64,000 bases of DNA from Candidatus Eiseniibacteriota bacterium (GCA_035275545.1 DATEMP010000272.1:4592-68591), one strand, 5' to 3'; shown: positions 18,495 to 27,610, numbered from the stretch's first letter. Made by a program: numbers and translations. The notes: generated from the sequence alone by a model not told the origin.

Positions 18495-21203
18495 ATGCCA
18501 CTAAAGAAGCCACCGGGCCGGCCGAAGCCGGTAAAGAATGCGAAGACGGGTGTCACGTCGGTCAAACACAAGGACAAGCGGACCAACATCCCAACGCAGG
18601 AGCTAAGGGACTTCGTCGCCGAGGCCGAAACCCGCCCGAAGACGGTCCTCTACCCGCGCGATCCCTCGCTCGATCCTCAGCTCGTCTGGAAGGGCAAGGA
18701 CGAGCAGGACCAGCAGTCGCTCACGGTGCCTGCGGTTCCGGTCTACATCCAGGAGAAGATCCACCCGCAGGCGATCATCGAGGAGCTGCGCGCGCGCTCG
18801 GCAAGCGGAGCGGAACCACCCCTCGAACTGTTCGCCGACTTCAACGGGATCGCGTTCGAGCAGCTCGTGGACTTCTACCATCACGAGCAGAACTGGGCGA
18901 ACCGCATGATCCTCGGCGACTCGCTACTGGTGATGACCTCCCTCGCCGAGAAGGAGGGGCTCAAGGGCAAGGTCCAGACGATCTACTTCGACCCGCCCTA
19001 CGGGATCAAGTTCGGCTCGAACTGGCAGGTGAGCACGCGGAAGCGGGACGTGAGAGACGGCAAGGTCGAAGATGCCACGCGGCAGCCTGAGCAGATCCGC
19101 GCGTTCCGCGACACGTGGAAGCTCGGCATCCATTCGTACCTCGCCTACATGCGAGACCGGCTCATGGCGGCGCGTGACCTGCTCACGGAGACGGGCAGCC
19201 TCTTCGTCCAGATGGGTGACGAGAACATCCATCTTGTCCGTGCGGTCTTGGACGAGGTCTTCGGAAGCGAGGACTTCGTGGCACTGATCTCGTTCAAGAA
19301 GACTGGGTACCAAGCCAGTGCTCTTCTACCGAGCAACTTCGACTTCATCCTCTGGTACGCCAAGCACCGCGATCAGGTCAAGTTCCGCCAGCTACACGTC
19401 TCGAAGCTCACAAGCTCCGCGTTTGTTGGTCAAGACCTGTGGCTTGAACTGCTGGACGGAACTCGTCGCAGGTTGAGTTCGGAGGAGAGCGAGGATCTGG
19501 AGTCTGTCCCCGACGGTGGCCGCGTCTTCCGACACAAGCTGGCCGAGTCTGCCGGAGCTGCTTCCGTACGGCAGCCTTTCGAGTTCCACGGTCGGACCTT
19601 CGAGCCGAAGGATGGCAAACACTGGTCCACTACGATCGACGGCCTGCGGCGCCTTGTCGTGGCCAACCGGTTGATGGTGATCGGGAAGTCACTACGATAC
19701 GTGAACTACCTCGCTGACTTCCCCGTGACGCCACTTACGACGAACTGGACGGACACCGTGGTGAGCGGCTTCTCGGACCCGCAGAGGTACGTGGTTCAGA
19801 CGAGTCTGAAGGTTGTCGAGCGGTGCGTGCTCATGACCACCGACCCCGGCGATCTTGTGCTTGACCCGACCTGCGGCAGCGGCACGACGGCCGTCGCTGC
19901 AGAGCAGTGGGGACGACGCTGGATCACGATCGACACGAGCCGCGTGGCCCTCGCGCTCGCGCGCACCCGTCTGATGGCCGCTCGCTACCCGTACTACCTA
20001 TTGGCCGACTCACCCGAGGGACTCCGCAAGGGGGCCGAGATCACGGGGCGGGTTCCGCCCGAGCACCGAACCGACGGGGACATCCGCAAGGGCTTCGTGT
20101 ACGAACGTGTCCCGCACGTCATGCTCAAATCCATCGCGAACAACCCGGACATCAGAGAGGGCATGTCACGCGAGCAGATCGACGCGGCCATCGCCCGCCA
20201 CGCGGAGACCGAGATCCTCTTTGACCGGCCCTACGAAGACTCAAAGCGCATCCGCGTCAGCGGCCCGTTCACTGTCGAGAGCCTCTCCCCCCACCGTGTG
20301 CTCGCGACCGACGACGAGCACCCAGGTTCCGAGACGAGCCAGCACGACGGCGGTCCCCCGTTCGAGACCACGATCCTGGAGAACCTGAAGAAGGCTGGAG
20401 TCCAGAACACCTTCAAGAACGAGCGGCTGGTCTTCGAGCGGATTGAACCGTTCGCGGGTACGTGGATTCACGCGCAGGGCTTCTACACCGACAAGCTCGG
20501 CGGCTCGAAGCGCGTGGCCATCTCCATCGGCCCCGAGCACGGCACGGTCGGCCCCGAACAGCTCAAGGAGGCCGCGAAGGAGTCCATCAAGGGTGTCGGC
20601 TTCGACATGATCGTGGTCTGCGGCTTCGCGTTCGATCCACACGTCTACGAGACCGCCAAGCAGATCGAGCCGGACGCGACAGCGGGCGACGGTACCCGCA
20701 AGGTTGCCGAGCCGGGCACGCAGTACGGGCGCCTCCCGGTGCTGCTGGCGCGCATGAACCCAGACCTTCTCAACGACGACCTGCTCAAGAAGACGGGCGC
20801 AGGGAACCTCTTCATGGTCTTCGGCGAGCCCGAGATCAAGCTCGACCGCGAGAAGGACGGCAAGTGGACCGTGACCCTCAAGGGGCTCGATGTCTACGAC
20901 CCGACGACGGGCGAGGTCCGCAACTCCTCGACCGACGACATCGCGTGTTGGTTCATCGACACGGACTACAACGGCGAGAGCTTCTTCGTCAGGCACGCCT
21001 ACTTCACGGGCGCCGAAGAGCCGTACGAGAGGTTGCAGCGGGCGCTGCGAGCGGAGATCGACGAGGCGGCGTGGTCAACGCTCTACTCGACGAAGAGCCG
21101 GCCCTTCGAGCAGCCGAAGAGCGGGAAAGTCGCGATCAAGGTCATCAACCACTACGGCGACGAGGTCCTGAAGGTCGTCGAGCTAGTCTCGGGTCGGAAG
21201 TAG
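18495..21203 (+). CDS. mod: Type III Mod-like N6-adenine/N4-cytosine DNA methyltransferase (beta class) with ~400-aa C-terminal extension
   Basis: IYFDPPYG (motif IV, DPPY) precedes VLDPTCGSGTTAVAA (motif I) by ~300 aa, which is the beta-class order with an intervening target-recognition region. The N-terminus is basic and AT-hook-like (KKPPGRPKPVKNAK). The ATG has GAGGGA 6 nt upstream. The product is 902 aa, whereas a canonical Type III Mod is about 650 aa. Confidence 0.9.
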   Translation: MPLKKPPGRPKPVKNAKTGVTSVKHKDKRTNIPTQELRDFVAEAETRPKTVLYPRDPSLDPQLVWKGKDEQDQQSLTVPAVPVYIQEKIHPQAIIEELRARSASGAEPPLELFADFNGIAFEQLVDFYHHEQNWANRMILGDSLLVMTSLAEKEGLKGKVQTIYFDPPYGIKFGSNWQVSTRKRDVRDGKVEDATRQPEQIRAFRDTWKLGIHSYLAYMRDRLMAARDLLTETGSLFVQMGDENIHLVRAVLDEVFGSEDFVALISFKKTGYQASALLPSNFDFILWYAKHRDQVKFRQLHVSKLTSSAFVGQDLWLELLDGTRRRLSSEESEDLESVPDGGRVFRHKLAESAGAASVRQPFEFHGRTFEPKDGKHWSTTIDGLRRLVVANRLMVIGKSLRYVNYLADFPVTPLTTNWTDTVVSGFSDPQRYVVQTSLKVVERCVLMTTDPGDLVLDPTCGSGTTAVAAEQWGRRWITIDTSRVALALARTRLMAARYPYYLLADSPEGLRKGAEITGRVPPEHRTDGDIRKGFVYERVPHVMLKSIANNPDIREGMSREQIDAAIARHAETEILFDRPYEDSKRIRVSGPFTVESLSPHRVLATDDEHPGSETSQHDGGPPFETTILENLKKAGVQNTFKNERLVFERIEPFAGTWIHAQGFYTDKLGGSKRVAISIGPEHGTVGPEQLKEAAKESIKGVGFDMIVVCGFAFDPHVYETAKQIEPDATAGDGTRKVAEPGTQYGRLPVLLARMNPDLLNDDLLKKTGAGNLFMVFGEPEIKLDREKDGKWTVTLKGLDVYDPTTGEVRNSSTDDIACWFIDTDYNGESFFVRHAYFTGAEEPYERLQRALRAEIDEAAWSTLYSTKSRPFEQPKSGKVAIKVINHYGDEVLKVVELVSGRK

Positions 21204-21206
21204 TTG

Positions 21207-21452
21207 ATGCGGTTCACCACGCTGAGCTCGAAGACTCCAGAAGTCTTCGTCGAGCTTCGCCCCTCGGCCGACGGCTGCTACTTCTCCGCTCGCATCGAAG
21301 GAGCGCCCGACCGGCTCCCTCGCATCTTCGTGGGCGTTCTCGGCTCCCGCGATGAGGCCATCTCCCAGGCCACGCGCTGGGCGCTCGGCTGGCTGCAGAG
21401 GCTGCGAGGGCACCGCTGTCCATCAGGGGCGCAGCGATCTGTATGGCCGTGA
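21207..21452 (+). CDS. Small hypothetical protein (81 aa)
   Basis: Starts 4 nt after the mod stop and overlaps the SIR2 gene start by 10 nt. No recognisable motif. Confidence 0.4.
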   Translation: MRFTTLSSKTPEVFVELRPSADGCYFSARIEGAPDRLPRIFVGVLGSRDEAISQATRWALGWLQRLRGHRCPSGAQRSVWP

Positions 21453-22528
21453 TCGTTCTTGGAGCAGGCGCGACACGAGGCGCTTCGTTCGTGACAGCGG
21501 CCGCCGGATCAAGGCGGGTGTGCCTCCCGCCGCTTGACGGCGACTTCTTCACCCAGTTGCAGCGTGTAGGTAAGCCTTTGCACCAGGGGACCATCAACGA
21601 TGTGATCAGCAGCGCGGTCGGGCTCTTCGGGGCGAACTTCCGCGTCACGCTGGAGACGATGTTCACTACGGTCGAGCAACTCGCCGCCATGAGCGGCATG
21701 CGCCCATCAGGCGGGAAGCAGGAACGCAGGCGCTTCCAGCGGATGAGAACCTGTCTACTCCAGGCGCTGGCCGGGGTGCTGGAGGAGTCACTCACCGAGC
21801 ACGCTGAGGCTACGACAGGGTCATCCTCCCCTGCGTCGGGTACGGGCTACGCGCTGCGCACCTGCCGCTTCCACCAGAAGATCGTCGAGTCGCTGGCCTA
21901 TTCCGACAGCGTGATCAGTTTGAACTACGACTGTCTCGTCGATGTCGCACTGCGCGACCACGGGCACGGCCGGTGGAACGCGCGCTACGGCTACTGCCTA
22001 CCGATGCAGCCCGTGGGCGAGGGCGCATGGAACCCAGACCCTCCCGCGAGCCGAGGGCGGAGCATCAGTCTGTTCAAGCTGCACGGCTCGCTCCACTTCG
22101 GCAAGCACAGGAGGAACGTGCTCCGGCTGAAGGCGCGCCCCTACAGCCACATGAAGAAGAACCAGGTCTTGCAGTTCGAGATCATCCCGCCGGAGTCCCA
22201 GAAGCGCCTCACGGATCCCACCTTCCGCCACATCTGGTCTGGCGCAGGGACTGCCCTACAGAAGACGAGGACGCTCGTCTTCATCGGGTACTCGTTCCCT
22301 CCCGGCGACGTTCACACCGCGGCCTTCTTCCGACTGCGCGGGACCGGGCGCGCTGCACCCAAGCTGCGGAACCTCGTGGTCGTGAACCCGGACCGCGAGG
22401 CCCGGCACCGCACCGTAGACATCATGCGCGCCTCGATGGACCGAAAGACCCGCGTCCTGGTGTTCGACACCCTCGAAGAGTTCTCCTACGTGCCGCGCGC
22501 GCTCTGGGACAGCGGGAGGCCCAAGTGA
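21443..22528 (+). CDS. SIR2-like domain protein (SIR2_2-type, putative NAD+ hydrolase/effector)
   Basis: N-terminal VIVLGAGATRGASF matches the GAGxS Rossmann start. NYD near residue 163 and LHGS near residue 207 have the Asn/His spacing of Sir2 catalytic residues. There is no Zn-ribbon module, so this is the defence-associated SIR2 type. Confidence 0.75.
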   Translation: MAVIVLGAGATRGASFVTAAAGSRRVCLPPLDGDFFTQLQRVGKPLHQGTINDVISSAVGLFGANFRVTLETMFTTVEQLAAMSGMRPSGGKQERRRFQRMRTCLLQALAGVLEESLTEHAEATTGSSSPASGTGYALRTCRFHQKIVESLAYSDSVISLNYDCLVDVALRDHGHGRWNARYGYCLPMQPVGEGAWNPDPPASRGRSISLFKLHGSLHFGKHRRNVLRLKARPYSHMKKNQVLQFEIIPPESQKRLTDPTFRHIWSGAGTALQKTRTLVFIGYSFPPGDVHTAAFFRLRGTGRAAPKLRNLVVVNPDREARHRTVDIMRASMDRKTRVLVFDTLEEFSYVPRALWDSGRPK

Positions 22529-23181
22529 CTCCAGCAAGCAGGAAGCGGCTGTCGTTGAAGGGGCTCGCCGACTACATGACCGCGTCGCACAGGAAGCAGC
22601 GCGCGATCCTCCACTCCTACAAGTACCCAGACGAGGACGAGTCGCAGGCGAAGATCCTGTACTACCGCGAGGCGCGCGACCGCATCTTGGCCCTCCACAA
22701 GTCGGCGCATCAGCCAGCGTGGCTCCAGAGTGAGGCCCTACAACTGGAGTCGGTGGCCGCTCACGCCACCGACGCGGCGTCGCGCCGACTCATCAACAAC
22801 GCCAGAGCGCTGGTGAGCTACGCGACCCACTTCGGGAACCGGGTGTTCAAGATCCTGGATGAGGCGCACATGACCCTCACAATCGCGGGCGTCGTGATCA
22901 CCGTGCGTCCAGACATGCACGTCGAGGAGAAGCGCGCGGAGCGGCTGATCAAGCTGGAGTTCGGAGTCGAGCCACTGGCCCCAACAGCCATCCGCATCCT
23001 GACGCAGACGATGTACGAGGCCGCTCGCAACTCGGGCATGAGCATCAAGTCGAAGGACGTGCTGTGCTTCGATGTCACCAGGGGCAAGGTCCACGCCGCA
23101 GGAACGCGGATGGGTCCACGGCTGAAGGGTGAGATCAAGGCCGCCTGCCAGAACATCGCCTCGATCTGGGATGGTATCTGA
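22525..23181 (+). CDS. Hypothetical protein (218 aa), SIR2 partner
   Basis: The GTG start overlaps the SIR2 stop as GTGA; an alternative ATG lies at 22576. No recognisable domain. It sits inside a longer 402-aa frame whose upstream part is antisense garbage. Confidence 0.5.
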   Translation: MTPASRKRLSLKGLADYMTASHRKQRAILHSYKYPDEDESQAKILYYREARDRILALHKSAHQPAWLQSEALQLESVAAHATDAASRRLINNARALVSYATHFGNRVFKILDEAHMTLTIAGVVITVRPDMHVEEKRAERLIKLEFGVEPLAPTAIRILTQTMYEAARNSGMSIKSKDVLCFDVTRGKVHAAGTRMGPRLKGEIKAACQNIASIWDGI

Positions 23182-23187
23182 GCAGCG

Positions 23188-23814
23188 ATGGCACTCGAAC
23201 CAATCCAGGAACTGGTGAGGCTCGTCCTTGAGGCCGAGGGCTACTTCGTCCGCAACAACGTGCGCTACCGCATCGAGACCGCGACGAAGAAGGAGGGCGG
23301 GAAGTCGGCGGCGTACTCGGACATCGACATCCTCGCGGTGAAGATCGACCCGAAGAGCGGGTCGGTCGTGGACCGCCTCTGGGGCGAGACGAAGGGTCAC
23401 CTCACCTCGTCCCTCACGGGCGGCTACCTCCGGGCGTTCGCGCCGGACTACGCGGTGCTCCTCGGCGACGGCGCGTGGTCGGATGCCGGTTTGGCGAAGA
23501 AGCACGGGGGGAAGCTGGAGACTCTCAAGATCAGGCGCTCGCGCGCCAGGGCGAGGGCGGTGCAGGTGCTTGGGGAGCCCTTCCGGCGCGTCCTCTACTT
23601 CGGCGGGCGGAGGCCGAAGGACGGCGGCAAGGAAGCGCGGGCACTCCTCGACCCAGAGGTGGAACTCGTCTACGTCCGGGACGTCGTGAGGAAGTGGATC
23701 GGCACGCTCACGCACCTTGAGGGGAATGAGGATGTGGTTCGGGTCATCAACGCCCTCGCGGAGTACGGGTTGATCCGTGTCGCGGACCAGAAGGAGACTC
23801 TCGCTGGTCGGTAA
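23188..23814 (+). CDS. Putative PD-(D/E)xK-fold nuclease-like protein (208 aa)
   Basis: The N-terminal EAEGYFVRNNVRYRIE...YSDIDILAV...GETKGH fits a restriction-endonuclease-like core (hydrophobic strand-D ... D ... E-x-K). It begins 7 nt after the previous gene. Confidence 0.45.
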   Translation: MALEPIQELVRLVLEAEGYFVRNNVRYRIETATKKEGGKSAAYSDIDILAVKIDPKSGSVVDRLWGETKGHLTSSLTGGYLRAFAPDYAVLLGDGAWSDAGLAKKHGGKLETLKIRRSRARARAVQVLGEPFRRVLYFGGRRPKDGGKEARALLDPEVELVYVRDVVRKWIGTLTHLEGNEDVVRVINALAEYGLIRVADQKETLAGR

Positions 23815-23846
23815 TCCTTGCGAGTAGTAGCCGGCAGGAGGATGCG

Positions 23847-24521
23847 ATGGCGATTCACGATGACGAACTGTCGATGCTCAGGGAGTCACTGCCCGAGTAC
23901 GTACGGCTTGCGCGGTTGGGCATCGAGTTCAAGAAGGACAACGGCGGTGCCTTGGGCTATCCGGCGGCAACGCTGCTGTTCGCGGTCGTGGACACGATCG
24001 GGAGCCACCTGCGCAAGCGCGCGGGGCTCGAACCGTACACGGTGACCGTGGGCGGGCAACAGCAGCCCATCAAGAAGACCGCGCACCACTTCCTCGTGCT
24101 GAACAGTCCATACTTCGGCATGGACCTCAGCGCGACCGAGATCGAGAGGTTATACGACTTGAGCCGGTGCCCGCTGACGCACAACGCACTTCTCGGGCTC
24201 GGCGTCCGGCTCACCGTGGAACAAGCGATCCCGAACGTCATCGAGTTCCGAGAGGGGATCGCCACTATCTCCCTACCTGACTTCCTCAAGCGGTGCGAGC
24301 AAGCCATCGAACGGTTCCTCGCGGAGGCCGAGAAGATCGTCGCCGAGTCGGCGGCCGTGGATGAACTCCGGAAGGAGTCGTACGCGCGCGTGAACGCTGA
24401 GGCGATCAAGAAGCTGGAGGAGCTTGCGAGGTCTGGCAACTGGGGGCAGTCGGCCCAGGCGTCCGGGATGGGGAGGCCGAATCGGATTGGAACGTCGGAC
24501 CCAACAAGGAGACCCCGCTGA
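23847..24521 (+). CDS. Hypothetical protein (224 aa)
   Basis: Last gene of the plus-strand cluster. Largely helical with no recognisable motif. Confidence 0.45.
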   Translation: MAIHDDELSMLRESLPEYVRLARLGIEFKKDNGGALGYPAATLLFAVVDTIGSHLRKRAGLEPYTVTVGGQQQPIKKTAHHFLVLNSPYFGMDLSATEIERLYDLSRCPLTHNALLGLGVRLTVEQAIPNVIEFREGIATISLPDFLKRCEQAIERFLAEAEKIVAESAAVDELRKESYARVNAEAIKKLEELARSGNWGQSAQASGMGRPNRIGTSDPTRRPR

Positions 24522-24606
24522 TCGTGGTGACCAACGGGGCTCGACTCGCAGGCGAACGGGCGTGACCAAGAGCCCAGGGCCACGATGGAGTATACGAGAC
24601 CTGCAA

Positions 24607-25437
24607 TCAGGGACTGGTCCCCGAACCTGTGCAGGACACCGTAGCTCCCCAACCAAGGTCCAACGTGCAATCACGCTGCCCGGTGGCGGTTGGTGTGAAG
24701 CGTACGATGAAGACGATCGTGCCCCCAAGCAGGTAACTAGCTTCTCCCCCGGGCACCGGGTTGCCATTCATGTAGACGATGCGGAAGTCGGGACAGGGCG
24801 ACGACACTGTGCCCGTTAGTTCGCATCCGCTTTCGTTCCTCAACTGGAAGGACATGTCCACACTCGATCCCAGTGGGACGCTCCCGAAGTCCAGAGCGTT
24901 GGGGACCGTGGAGACCCGCGGCGTGCATACCACAACGTCAGGGGGCCAATGAGCGGTGGAGGGATAGCTGTTCATCGCACTCATGATCCTCCCCGGCCCA
25001 AGGATGATCGTTGCAGGAACGCACTGGCAATCGACGGGTTGCTCCTCGCACGTGTGAGGCCAGACGCGAGCAAGTGAATCTCGCGGAGGATACGTGTACG
25101 AGGTATCAACGCCATACCCATCCGCATTGCTCCTGATGACCCGGATTGTGAGGGGCAGATTGCTGTCGAAGGTTCGCTGGAAGTCTCGCCACTCACAGAA
25201 TGTGGGTGGGCGATTGTTGTTGTCGAGCACAAAGCTATCCCTTGCTGCACCGGAAAGGATGACGGTCCACTTGGGGTAGGAGTAGTTGCAATCTCCCTGC
25301 CCAATGTCCTCGTTCCACGAGAACGTGACCCTGCTAGTGCTGGCCGGCGGTGGCCCGCTCTCAGTGGGGGCTGTCTTATTGCCGCATCCCGCCGCGCAGA
25401 GGGCGACGAGGCACACGGTGAAGGCGAACGACCGCAT
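24607..25437 (-). CDS. Lipoprotein (hypothetical, Cys-rich)
   Basis: Signal peptide with a lipobox (LVALCAAGCG) and many paired Cys. Convergent with the plus-strand cluster. Confidence 0.55.
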   Translation of the reverse strand: MRSFAFTVCLVALCAAGCGNKTAPTESGPPPASTSRVTFSWNEDIGQGDCNYSYPKWTVILSGAARDSFVLDNNNRPPTFCEWRDFQRTFDSNLPLTIRVIRSNADGYGVDTSYTYPPRDSLARVWPHTCEEQPVDCQCVPATIILGPGRIMSAMNSYPSTAHWPPDVVVCTPRVSTVPNALDFGSVPLGSSVDMSFQLRNESGCELTGTVSSPCPDFRIVYMNGNPVPGGEASYLLGGTIVFIVRFTPTATGQRDCTLDLGWGATVSCTGSGTSP

Positions 25438-25584
25438 CGACGGCTCCTCCCTCTGATCGCCCCAGGCAGGGCGGACACGTGCGGCAGGGAATCAGATCGA
25501 GGCGAGTTATCGGCGGGGCGCACGAGGCGCTTGAGGGCACGGAGAGGACCTTCCGGCCAGATCGCGCTGCGGGATGCTCGCAGC

Positions 25585-26052
25585 TCATGACTCGTCGCCG
25601 TCGAGCGCGTCGAAGACTTCGTCCGGGTCAGCGCCCACGATCTCGCACGCGGCGGTCACGCCATCTCGAAAGCACGGGCAGTCGGTGCAGGACTCGATGA
25701 CTTCCTCCGGGTGTTGCTCAGCGAGCTGCTCTGCACCCCCGGTGTGGCCTTCGGTGCCGGCGGTGAGCGTGGCGATCATGTTGGACGCGATCACATCGCG
25801 GCGTCGGGCGAGAAGCGCCTCCTCGATGCTATGTTGGATCGCTAGAATGTCCGCGTCAGGACCGTGCTGCTGGCGAAGGCGGTGCAGGCTGTATAAGGCG
25901 CTCAAGCGCCCTGCCCTGAAGCCGTCGTTGCCGAGGTCGCTCTCCTCCCCCGTTCGCAGCCGCCGCGCGAGCGCGGGGTCGAAGCTGGCGAGCCAGAGGA
26001 GGAACCCACTCTCTGTCGGGTCCGGTGACGGGGTCGGGATCGGGGCGATCAC
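25585..26052 (-). CDS. Hypothetical protein (155 aa)
   Basis: First listed ORF of the minus-strand island block; it contains a CxxC pair (SCTDCPC). Confidence 0.4.
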   Translation of the reverse strand: MIAPIPTPSPDPTESGFLLWLASFDPALARRLRTGEESDLGNDGFRAGRLSALYSLHRLRQQHGPDADILAIQHSIEEALLARRRDVIASNMIATLTAGTEGHTGGAEQLAEQHPEEVIESCTDCPCFRDGVTAACEIVGADPDEVFDALDGDES

Positions 26053-26339
26053 TGTCGCCTCCGAAGACCGGCCTTCGCGAACAGAGATTGGACCCCGTAG
26101 GCGAGGCGGGCTGCGAGTGCATCGTCGGTGAGACGCTCGTCGGTTCGGAGGGCGTCGAGTTCGGCGATGAACTCCCTCGCTTCGACTTCGGACAGAACGG
26201 GGTAGCCGAAGCTGCTCAGGGTCGCCGCGATCACGATGTACGCAGCTGCCTGCTCGGCGAGAGCGGACTGGCGTGCGAGGTTCGTCGGCGCAGTCGAAAG
26301 CATCGAGGGCGCGACGGGGATTGCGGTGGGCTTGCTCAT
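26049..26339 (-). CDS. Hypothetical protein (96 aa)
   Basis: Coupled to its neighbours by a 4-nt overlap. Confidence 0.4.
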   Translation of the reverse strand: MSKPTAIPVAPSMLSTAPTNLARQSALAEQAAAYIVIAATLSSFGYPVLSEVEAREFIAELDALRTDERLTDDALAARLAYGVQSLFAKAGLRRRQ

Positions 26340-26533
26340 GACTTCACCTCCAGCTTGCGGACGTTGATCGCCCTGTTCATGTTGCTCGGGAGCGCCTCGA
26401 TGTCGAACTCGATGTGGTCACCCTTGCTGAGGCCGCCAACCTGCGAGTGGGGCAGGTAGATGTCGCCGCTGCCGTCGTCGGCGATGACGAAGCCGTAGCC
26501 CTGTGCGGCGACCAGTTTGACGATGCCGGTCAC
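26336..26533 (-). CDS. Cold-shock domain protein (CspA family)
   Basis: 65 aa; GIVKLVAAQGYGFVIADDGSGDIYLPHSQV matches the RNP1/RNP2 region of the cold-shock domain. Confidence 0.7.
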   Translation of the reverse strand: MTGIVKLVAAQGYGFVIADDGSGDIYLPHSQVGGLSKGDHIEFDIEALPSNMNRAINVRKLEVKS

Positions 26534-26886
26534 GACTCGTCACTCCTGCGAAGGAAGGCCCGATCCGCGTCCGTCAACTCAGGGTTGGCGGCGATGAAGG
26601 CTTCCGTTGCTTCGCGTGCTGCCTGCTTGCGTGCTTCGGGCGTGGACAGGTCGCCGAGGCGCTCCGCTTCACGGGAGGTGATGGCGGCCACTGCTCCCTC
26701 GATGCCGTTCGCGATCCGCGCGAAGGTCGGCAGAAGGGGCAGGCCGTCACGCCCGAGTGACACGGGCTTCACCAGCGGCTTGGCTGGCGGTGCGGGCTTG
26801 GGGGCGGGTGTGGGCTCAATGGGTGGCGGGGGTGGTACGGAACGTCCTGCGCCGAATCCAGAACCGTACGGCATGAATGTGCTCAT
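26530..26886 (-). CDS. Hypothetical Pro-rich protein (118 aa)
   Basis: Coupled ORF; PPPPPIEPTPAPKPAPPAKP low-complexity linker followed by a helical C-terminus. Confidence 0.35.
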   Translation of the reverse strand: MSTFMPYGSGFGAGRSVPPPPPIEPTPAPKPAPPAKPLVKPVSLGRDGLPLLPTFARIANGIEGAVAAITSREAERLGDLSTPEARKQAAREATEAFIAANPELTDADRAFLRRSDES

Positions 26887-26941
26887 TGTGATGTTCCCCT
26901 TGTACTGCTGATGGTTGGATGGTGATGGGGCGAAAGGTGGG

Positions 26942-27508
26942 CTACTTCTTGTCGCGCTTCCTTGCGTTGCGACGTTGCTGCGCGAGCATGCGTTTGCGGG
27001 ATGCGGGATCTGCGGCAGCCAGGCGCTCCTCGAACTGGGCCTGCTTGACTGCGCGTGCCCTGCTCATCGACGCACGCTTCTCGGTGAGTTCGGCATCGCG
27101 CTCTGCGTGCTTGGCCTCTGCTACTTCTGCACGGTACCGCTGCGCGAGGTCGAAGCCGGCGGCCGACAGGCTGTTGATCCCGAGAAGGTCGACCTCGTCT
27201 GCTTTGTTGGCGAGCCAGTCGGCGATCTGCGCGAGCGTGTACGTCGAGGTCCACCAGTCGCGGAGCCGGTCGCTGCCGATCTCGCGGACGAAGTCCCTCG
27301 CGATTTCTTCCTCACGAGAGAGCTTCTCGGCAGCAGGGTTGTTCGCGGTCGAGGGGCTGGCGTGCGGTTCGTCGTCGCGTTCGCGGGCCCAGAGGAATGG
27401 GCGCACGAGGCTCGCTGTCGCGGGGTGCAGCCCGGCGAGGTCGCGACGATGCAGCTTGCCGTGGATCGCGCGGTTGATCAGGTCGTGGATGTTCTGTTCG
27501 TTCTTCAT
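26942..27508 (-). CDS. Hypothetical protein (188 aa)
   Basis: Charged, helical ORF; no motif recognised. Confidence 0.4.
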   Translation of the reverse strand: MKNEQNIHDLINRAIHGKLHRRDLAGLHPATASLVRPFLWARERDDEPHASPSTANNPAAEKLSREEEIARDFVREIGSDRLRDWWTSTYTLAQIADWLANKADEVDLLGINSLSAAGFDLAQRYRAEVAEAKHAERDAELTEKRASMSRARAVKQAQFEERLAAADPASRKRMLAQQRRNARKRDKK

Positions 27509-27610
27509 GATTCCTCGTGCCCCGCAAGGGCGGTAAGCGCGACAGGCCCGCCGACGGAGATCGGCGAGCCCGCCATGCCCGGGGGCAGCCCGGGCGCGCT
27601 TCGGGTCGTA

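Noticed and set aside
15497-21203. BREX, DISARM or Type I R-M interpretation of the helicase/MTase pair
   Set aside because: No PglZ, BrxC, BrxL, DrmB (DUF1998) or PLD genes are nearby, and there is no HsdS specificity gene. The nuclease motif is C-terminal to the helicase (Type III Res-like), not N-terminal as in HsdR.
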